This document shows, piece after piece, positions 39,785 through 64,000 of a stretch of 64,000 nt of DNA. Each line of letters begins with the position of its first letter. Position 1 is the first letter of the stretch. The notes below the pieces were generated by a model, which saw only the letters and a list, made by a program, of their open reading frames with translations, was not told the DNA's origin and did no database searches. Source of the DNA: the human T2T-CHM13v2.0 reference genome, Homo sapiens; NCBI RefSeq assembly GCF_009914755.1, contig NC_060935.1. One strand, written 5' to 3'. The position numbers and the translations under genes were made by a program.

Positions 39785-40827
39785 TCATCCAAGGCAAAGC
39801 TAAATACAATTCTACAATGCAAAACTTGTTGTAGAGGCCAGACTGATTATATCCGTTCTGTGCTCGAACACAAGTCAGTGCTGGCTGTGTGGGCATCTGC
39901 GCCTCCCAGAGGCACTCGCACACCTGAGGCCTCCCAAGGCCTGTTGTTGCATCATTTGATCTATAGTTACATAGGAAAATTGACTATGGGTATTGTTGTC
40001 ATCCAAGCCAGAGGAATAAACCATGCATAAGATAGTCAAAAGCACTGCATATCAGGTGGGAGGTGGGAGGGTAGGGACTCCAACCTGGGACAAAGTAAAG
40101 TAAAGCAAGTTATAGGATTTTCCCGAGAAGTCCCCGCTCCTGGAACTCCCTACTGCCAGCCCTCTGATGGCAGCTGTCTGTGACACTGAGATGAAGTCAT
40201 GGAGTGACGGAATGCAGGAGCACGGCTGGTCTTCTCTGCCTTTGATTCTTTCTCAGTCTCCAGATGCCTCAACAGGCATAGCTCAGGCCAAGAAAGACGG
40301 CTCCTCAAATGTCCAGCATCTGCCCATCATGCATCACCCCTTACATGCAGAGCCCATCCGCTCCACAGTTACGCTGCCATGCACCCACACTGCCTGCACA
40401 CGCACACTCCACACAAGCACACCCCACCTCCTGCCATCTCACAAGCATGCTCTCAAGCCCTCGCTCCACAAGAGCTCTGATCGGCCTGCCATATGTAGTC
40501 TGAGCCCCATCGGCTGCTCTCCCCAGGCCTCTCTAACATCAGGGGTTTATTCGGGCTGCCTTCTGTTCAATTACGACATGGGGAGAAGCCCAGAACCTGG
40601 AATGCTGATTTCATATTTTGTAGTTGATGAGGAGCTCAGAACTTTGTCTTTAGTCTCGCTGACATCACTCAGCCCAGCTGCATGTGGCCAGGTCTCTCAA
40701 GATCGACTTTGTAAGTGGCTCTCTCTAGCCCACAAGCCCTGGAAGCCACCATCAGAGATTTGCATGCACTGAGGTTCCACTTGGGGAAGATAGCTTTGCC
40801 CATATACATCCTAGTGCAAATCCATGC

Positions 40828-40976
40828 CAGTGTTTCTCCATGGGTATAATGTTGACATGGGACAGGATGATTCTTTGTTGTGGGGACTAAGTTTAGCATT
40901 CTTAGTAGTGCCCCCACGCATGGGGGCAACCAAAAATGCCCCCCCTACAATCTCAGTCACCTCTATTGAAAACCAT
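40828..40976. mobile_element. hAT-Charlie (MER20-like) relic in the SCN4B 3'UTR
   Basis: cagtgtttctc...gattctttgttgtgggg...caaccaaaaatg...ttgaaaacca. Confidence 0.5.
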
Positions 40977-43412
40977 CAAACAAAAGCCATGGACAAGAAG
41001 CTTTAAGCATCAGAGTCAAGGTTTCTAATATTGCAAAGACTAAATAATTCCAAGGGGGGTGGGATGGAAAGAAAGAGAGAGAGAGTGTGTGTGTCTGTAT
41101 GTGGGTTGTAGAGATGGGACACAGAGATGAAGACAGGACAGACTTGGAACTATCCCTGCAATTAATACCTGGCTTCCCAGATCCCTTTCCAAGCCAAAAA
41201 GATGTTTTTAGACAAAACTTGCCAAGCCTCACAACAGTCCTGTGAGGTAGGTAAGTATTATTACACCCATTTGGTAGATGGAAAGAGCTGAGCTGAGAGA
41301 AGCTGCATGATCCATCTAGAAATCAGCAGTAGACCCTGGGGAGGAAAGAGAGGATGGTGCCCTTCTTCTCCCTACTCTACGTGCCTTGGCTTTCTCTTAA
41401 GACAGAAGGAGGAGCCCCAAGGTGCTCTGCCTCTTCAAATGTCACCATTGAGAAGGAAGAAGAAAACAGTTTTGCATGAAGGTAGCTATAAGAAGTTTTC
41501 TGAATGGCTGGTGGCTCTGGTCTGTCTGCTCCCAAAGCCAGGAAAATCTGAGCCCCAGCCCATGACAGGTTCTGGGTAGAGAAGAATGGGAGGCGCACAG
41601 GCAGATCAGACGGGGAACTGGTGAGCCCAGCAGGTTGGCTAAGGGACACTGGCCACAGCCACGGGCACCCTGCAGGTACTACTGGTCCTCAGTCTCCCCC
41701 CACTCCACCCTTGCGAGGCTTGCAGCTGCTTTTTGACAGGGAGAGCTCTGAGGTAGACCCCAAACTCTCTGAAAAAGGGGGCTACTCCTCTCTCATCCCT
41801 CCTAGGGGCCCAGAAGACAGGGCATCAAAAAATCAGTAAGGGAGAGAGGGATTGGAAGTAGATGGGCAGAGAGGCTTGTTACCACTTTTCCCTGCCATCC
41901 CTGGCCTCACCAATTCTGCCCAACAAGGACTCAGGAGATCCCACTCCCAACATCACCACCTCCCCCTAGGGCAGGCTAGAAACCCCAATGGGAGCACCTG
42001 GCCGACATCTCCAAGATTCAGTCACTGGCCAATTCCAGCCTCATGGCCCCCTCTATGACCCTGGGGAGGGGAGGGCTGGTGAACCCTCACCAGCACCACA
42101 CCAGACTCTGCTGTTATGTCAGGACATACCGTCTAGAGAGGATGGGGGTAAGGGCTAGGATTCAGGACTAAGGCACATTCTAGCCCCACACACAAGGGCT
42201 GTGCAAACCAGCTCTGGGAGAAGCAAAGGAAAACTGTGGGCACCCACTCCCTGCTCCTCCCCAACCCCAGGGTGGGAGGGGGTGGCCCAGCTGAGCAGGA
42301 AGCAGCTGGGAAACCCAAGGACCCCCTCATCCAAAGGAAGAGAGTCCCTGAGGCGAAGGCAGGCCCTTGACCCAGGGCTGGGAAATGAACCACCCTGGGG
42401 GCAGGGCGTGATGGAGGGCACGGTGGGGGGGGGGAGCGAGCCAATGGGAGGTTGGAGGGTGCAGCCTCTCAGGTAGGAGGGGGAGAAGCAGGGGAGAGCT
42501 GGGCTCAGGAGTGCCCAGAGTGGCGATGGTCCTGCCATGCCAGGGGAGGGGCTGCCAGCATTGGCAGCAATGGGGCGGGCATCCCAGAGGCCCAGGACAC
42601 TGGCTCACTACCTCTGTGGCCCAATTCTCCAAGTAGAAATGCTTGGAAAGGCATAGGGAGCACTCGGGTACTCCAGGAAGGCTCGAGGGGCCCCTTCCTG
42701 AGCCCCTCAGTAACCCAGAGAGCAGAGGAGCAGGCTAGGTGGCCAGGAACCCTCAAGACCAGGGTGGCCAGCCCTGGTTGAGAGGGCTTAAAAACTCTGA
42801 GCAGGGGAGGGGATAGGCAGATAGGGTCCCGGGGCAGGGGAAAGGAAGTTTCCTACTTGGAAGACTGTGGGGGATCTGGTATCCTATGAAGCAGAGGCAG
42901 TCTCTCACTGTGGGCCTGCCCCCATCAGCCCCCACCCCAGGTCTTCTCCAGAGGCCTCCAGCCCACTCCCACCTCCAAAGGAAGCCACTTCTTCCTACAC
43001 CCCATCTCCAGGGTGCAGCTCTTAGGACATCCCTTACGGATCCTCCCAGTCTCTTGTGAAGAGAAGCCTGGAGGAAAATCAAGGCCCTGCTTGTGCAGGG
43101 TAGGGAGACTGAAGGAGACCCCATCTGCCCAGGTGTCAGGGGACCAGCCCCTCCACACCACCCTAGCCTCTCCTTTCTTTCTCCTGAATCTTCCACAGAC
43201 CCCCTCCCCTGGCCATCCCTTGTCCCTGGGGAGCCCTGACTGGGAAGGGGATGGGCAGGCTGGGCAGGACTCTGGTTTCTTGTGCCCGGAAAGACTACAG
43301 TTTGAGCCAAGCAGCAGATGTCTCAGGCACGTGGGTTCTACGGTCGGGGCTCAAGCATCAGTTTCATCATCAGAAAGGGGGCTCCCTGCAGCTGCTCAGC
43401 CCGAAGCAGGGC

Positions 43413-59077
<15,665 letters not shown>

Positions 59078-62000
59078 AGTCCTGTTCTCTCCGGAGCGCG
59101 CGGGGGTCGCGGGGATGGGATACTGGGCACAGCCGCGCTCTCCGCCCGAGGTCGGCGTTCGGCCACAAAGCTACCCCGGAGCTCTGCGCCGCCGGTCGGG
59201 GCTCGGGAAAGTTAGCGGGCAGAGAGCGAGAGGAGGGGGAGGGAGGGAGCGGAGGGGGAGGCGCGCTCGCCCGCTGCTGGGAGCCGGCTGCTGGAGCAAC
59301 GGCGGGAGGGAAGGAGTAGGAGGAGCCGGAGCAGGAGCGGGAGGAAGACGGAGCGAGCGCAGCGGCGAGCGAGGCTGCGCCTCTGCTCTGGAAGCGCTCC
59401 AGCCGCAGGAGGGGCGGTGGCCGCCGCGTAGGCCGGGGAGCCCCCGCCCGCTGCGCACCCTGCCTGCCGCACCCCGCCTCGCGGTCCCGGAGCCCCGGGA
59501 CCACGCCGTGCCCCCAACTCCCTCTCCAGTGGGGCTGGGCTGCTGCGGCTGGCACTGCAGGGCCGGCCTGCAGCCACCCGCATCATCCCATGCGCTGAGC
59601 TGCCAATTAGGAGCATAGTTCGGGGGGAGTAGAGGTGGAGCTTTTCGGTTGCTGGAAGACTGTTTTGCTTTGCTTGGGGGAACACGGGAAGGTTAGCGGC
59701 TCCCTCTCCCAGGACCGCCAAGGGACCGCTTTAAAGTCCGCAGCGGACGCTGCCGCAACGGGTGGGCGTGTGCGGGCTTGCCCACTGCAGCTTGCGCCTC
59801 CTCGGTGGCGTGCGACATGGCGCGCGTGCAGCCTCGGGACCCGCTCCCGCCACCTTCTGCCCCATCGCTCAGCAACTCCGGCGGTTGTTTTAGGAAGCCC
59901 GGAACAGAGCTTTCCCATTGCAAACTGCCCCGGCCCTCCCTTCCCCCACCCCCACGCCACCCCGCCCCACATTTCTCCATGGACCCCTTGGAAATCACCA
60001 CGCTCCAGGTTAGGGAGCAGGTTGGTCCGCGCCTGGTCTGTGTCCTGCGCCCCATTTCACCCTCCCGCTGCACCCCTGCTTCTCATTTTTCCTACCTAGG
60101 CCGTCCCCCTCAGATGCTGCCTTTTCGCCCTCCTCCAACTCTCCTGTTTTCTTCGGAACGGCAGACTCCCTCGGCCTCCCTTTTGGGGTAGGGGTGGAGG
60201 AGTCCAGGGTGACAACCAGGTCAGAGGGCTGAGGCGAGGCTGTGAACGAGTAAGCCTTTTCCCAGACAGGCCCAAGTGAAAGAGTTTCACCTGAGCGGTG
60301 CTACTTGGGCTGGTGGTTCTGTAAATGAGTCGATCTCCTCCTCAGCACCTTTCCAACCATCCAAGACCCTCCCTGCATCACAGGCCCTCTTTACTGTCTA
60401 GGACTGGTCCGGACTGGGAAGCCCGCTCCCACTTCATGGTCTGACTTCTGCTGCAGGCACACCAACGCACCGCCTTCTTAACGAGGGGTCTCTGGGTGGA
60501 CTTCGGCGTGATCACGGACCCCTTGAGGTTGCAGGCAAAGTGCTGAATGTCTGTTTGCTTTTTCAGGAGAGAGGGTCGCTGCCTTCCCTATAGTGGCACA
60601 GAGGCTCTGGCAGCGCCACCATTTATGACTGTATGGCTTTGAGCAAGTTACATGGTCTTCTGGGGGAGCCTCTGCTCCTCACCTATAAAATGGTGAATGC
60701 AATGATATTTGCCTCCTAGGCTTATTAAGAGCGATGTTACCCCTGGACCTGGGCAACAGAAGCCTCAGCCCTGATTTCTGGTTTTAAAGGCCCTCATTCT
60801 GGCCCTCCTCTGGCCATGCCCCTCACTGGAGAATGAGTCCATGGGACCAAGGGGGCAGGGCAGGTGGGGGCATGCACCTCCTCCCCTTCTAGACTGTACT
60901 CCAGGTATCAGGAACTCTGGAATTCCCTATTCCCCAGATCTGTCCTTTCAAGGGCTGGCCATATCAGGTGTGCACTCAAGGGCTAGAGCAGTGGGCAAGG
61001 GACAGCTGTATGCAGGTGATGGGGAGTGCATGTAACTTGACACACACCCTAGGCATGCACAAGAGCCCCTCTCACTACAGGACCAGAGAAGAGTGTGTAC
61101 CAGAGAATGGCCTGAAAATTTCATTTTGGACATGGTTTTCCAGGTTATCATGAAGGAAAAGTAATTAAAGGCAGAGGATAAAACATCAATCTTAACACTT
61201 TGTTATCCTGATTAATATTTAGACATATGTATAATTTCCATTTGTACCTTTGCTCCAGGACTTGCAACATCAAAAGTGGACCTAGCTGTAAAGAGGGAAT
61301 GAGATATTATTGCATGTAAAAGTGCTCAGCAGACAGCTAGGCACAGGATAAACACTCAGTACATTTGAACTTAAAGAGGTCTGTGGGCCCTGAGGCTAAG
61401 CCTCCCCATCTGTCTCCAGGTCCGCAGGCTTACCCTGTCCTTCCCCAGGAGGTCCTTGCACTAGATCCGCAGGGCCAGGCATACAAACTGACCACTTTAT
61501 TTTTACAGCAGGGGTCATGTTTCTCAGAACCCTAGACTGAGGTGAGAGAGGAGGTGAGCCAAAGGGAAGGAAAGTGACCCCTGCCCAGAGCAGGGGGAGG
61601 AGAGGGACAGAGCTGCAGGGATATCTTTAGATCCTGGTGACAGGAAAAGATGGCCAACGTCCTCAGTGTCCTCTCCCCACCTTCCCTGCTACCTCACTGC
61701 TACCTCACCAGTTCATAGAGTTTGAAGGGTCCATAGGAAACCCTCATGCCTTAGGGATGAAGAAAGAGGCTCAGAGAGGTAGAATGTGTAACCCGAGGTC
61801 AGCTACACAGTTACTGTTAAAGTCAGCGTTAGAACCTCCCCCATTACTTGATTTCCCCAATCCACACCCCCAGCTTTCCTCTAAAGAACTCCAGGAGGGC
61901 TCCGCAGCTGGGCAGAAAGAGTGCTTGGGAAATGCATTAGCTTAAGGGCTAGAGGATTTTACATTTATAGAGCACTTTCCTCAAAAATTCTCAAAACCCT

Positions 62001-64000
62001 AGCCCATCGATCTAACTCAGAGGCTGCTACTGAGGATGCCAGGGGAGAGGGTGTCAAAAGGTCAGAGCTCCTTCTCTCTTACCTTTTCAAAACTATCTTT
62101 TCCAGGGGCCCTCCCTGATTTAGCACCTCTTCACCCAGCTCAAGAGTCCCCAGTCACACTGGATAGGGACAGGAAGAAACAGACACCACACCTTGGCTCC
62201 TGTCCCTTCTGCTGGAAGTCCCTTGGGGGAGGGCAGGGGTGGTATCTGGGTACACAGTCCCCAGCCACGGTCGGACAAGCCCGATTCCTGGTGATGGGGT
62301 AATGCACACGCAGCTCTTGGGTGGCCTAGCTCAGAAATACATTGAAGAGCCAGTTTTCAAAGATGCAGAGGCCGATTGGGCCCTGTGCCACAGAGTTGTC
62401 AGAGAACTGCCCGCTCTCAGGCTGCAGGAGACAAGGCCTAGATTTAAGGGGAAGGAGATTGTTTCCTTGGGGATTCGTGTAGGGTTCTTTGAAGCAGTCA
62501 GCCCAACAAAAATCCCCAGGGACCAAGCAACTGACTCAGTTGGTCTCCTTCTCCCCTGCCCTCCTAGGGAGCTGGATCTGAGCTAGGAAGGAGGGTGGGT
62601 GCCTGCTTTCCAGCAGGGGCCAGCCTAGAGAGGAATCAGCATGCCCCAGGGGAAGTCGGATGGGCAGGAATGGGCTGAGCTCCAGCTGCCAGCCTCCAGA
62701 GCCGCTCTTACACTGGAAGGCATTCACCCCCTGGAGCAGGATCACCTTGTACAGATGATCAGAGTGGGTACATGGAATGCTTCCTCCCCTGTCAGTTCTC
62801 AGGAAGGCATCGAGACCCTGTGCAGAGGAGGAAGGGCAATAGAGAGCTCCAAGGAGGTCTCCAGCGCTATTTTGAGAGGAGTTCCTCCTAAGTAACAAGA
62901 GCCTGGCAGGGAGCCTCCTCCCACTCTGGCTCCCCTGTTGCCCTTCCCCGCCTGCCTCCCTCTCCCTCCTCTTCCCCCATAAACCCTCGCGCTCCTGCTG
63001 GGGCACTGCAGGTAACAGAGGGAGCTCAGCGCAGCGCTGACTCGGCTCTTGGAGCTGGAGGACAACGGGCTCTGCAGGGAGCCCGCCTCCCCCCACACAC
63101 ACCCACCTCACAGCTCCTCCCCAGAACAACACCAAGAGGTGCATCTCGCCTTCCCCGAGCTACCCCCTGGTGGTAACCAGAGCCCCGGTCTCAGGATGGG
63201 GAAACTGCAGGCAGGAGATTCTCTACTTGCACTAACTTAAAGTTAAATGTCCACAAACCCTTCTGCCACTTGGGTAGGGATTGAGTGGACGCTACCTGGA
63301 CAAACTTTTAGGAGCTTCCTCCTGCTGCACTGAGGTCTTCTCTCTACCCCTCCCTACTCACCACTCCCTTCCTCCAGCTCAGAGCACTGGCTTGCCCCTA
63401 GCCAGAGTCTCAGCGTCCACTGAAGTTTGGCAGGTGCCGAGGGGGTTAACAGGACAGCATGTACCAAACCAACCCGCAGGCACGCGGCTTAGCGGTCCAG
63501 CAAGGAACACCGCACAGAGTCCACCTCACACCAGCGAGTTGGAGTAAAGATAAACTCTTTCTGAATCCTTCTCCCAAGGAGAGTCGATCGCTTCTTCTCA
63601 CTCCTCTCTGCTTTCTAGGGGCTCTGGGCAGAGGCAGGTAGGCAGCCACCTCCTCAATCCCTCCCTTCCTCTGTTTCTGTTTTCTGCCAGGTTCTGTCCA
63701 AACATCCTTTCAGGCTGAGATGGGTAGGGAGCCCCAGACAGATGAGCTCATTGGAAGGAGGAGGGCAGAGGGAGGAGGGAGCTGAAATATCCTGACCAGA
63801 GGGATGCTCACCGGCCAGTCCCGAGCTGGAGAGGGTGTGTGCCCACTTCCGGGAGCAGGTATGTGCTGCCCTTGCAGTAGCTCCGAGATGGGGTGAGTCC
63901 TGGACATCTCTTTACTATAGGCCACATTGGGGTGGGGTTTGAAGCCCCCGGACAGGGTGTCAACCACCCTACCCAGCACCCCAGAGCTATATTTCTCTCT

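Noticed and set aside
40167-40772. 201-aa + strand ORF antisense to the SCN4B 3'UTR
   Set aside because: No recognisable homology, promoter or splice context; likely chance.
62970-63016. CATAAA followed by a CAG|GTAACA donor, a possible divergent first exon
   Set aside because: Short motifs only, with no identifiable downstream exon in the window; cannot be supported.

Overview
Human genomic DNA (Alu-rich; the gene pair identifies it as chr11q23.3) with two convergent protein-coding genes. On the + strand are TMPRSS4 exons 2-13; exon 1, carrying the ATG, lies upstream of the window. All exon boundaries were read from GT/AG sites and add up, with the upstream ATG, to an intact 435-aa type II transmembrane serine protease (TM, LDLRA, SRCR, trypsin domain with His/Asp/Ser triad). 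On the - strand is the complete 5-exon SCN4B gene (228-aa Na+ channel beta-4 subunit), with a promoter CpG island, a second intronic CpG island and a ~3.6 kb 3'UTR. The rest is intronic or intergenic DNA with about 20 Alu/FLAM copies, old L1/L2/MIR/CR1 fragments, hAT DNA-transposon relics, two LTR relics and microsatellites. Most ORFs in the supplied track are artefacts of repeats or GC-rich DNA. I see no wholly new gene system. The best leads for under-described biology are: (1) a 36-bp minisatellite built from repeated copies of the TMPRSS4 exon-3 5' splice site; (2) an LTR-derived candidate alternative last exon that would give TMPRSS4 a 60-aa tail with a hydrophobic end; (3) an intronic SCN4B promoter whose open frame would splice in-frame to exon 2; (4) inverted Alus bracketing the symmetric LDLRA exon. 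Repeat boundaries and subfamilies were judged by eye and are approximate.
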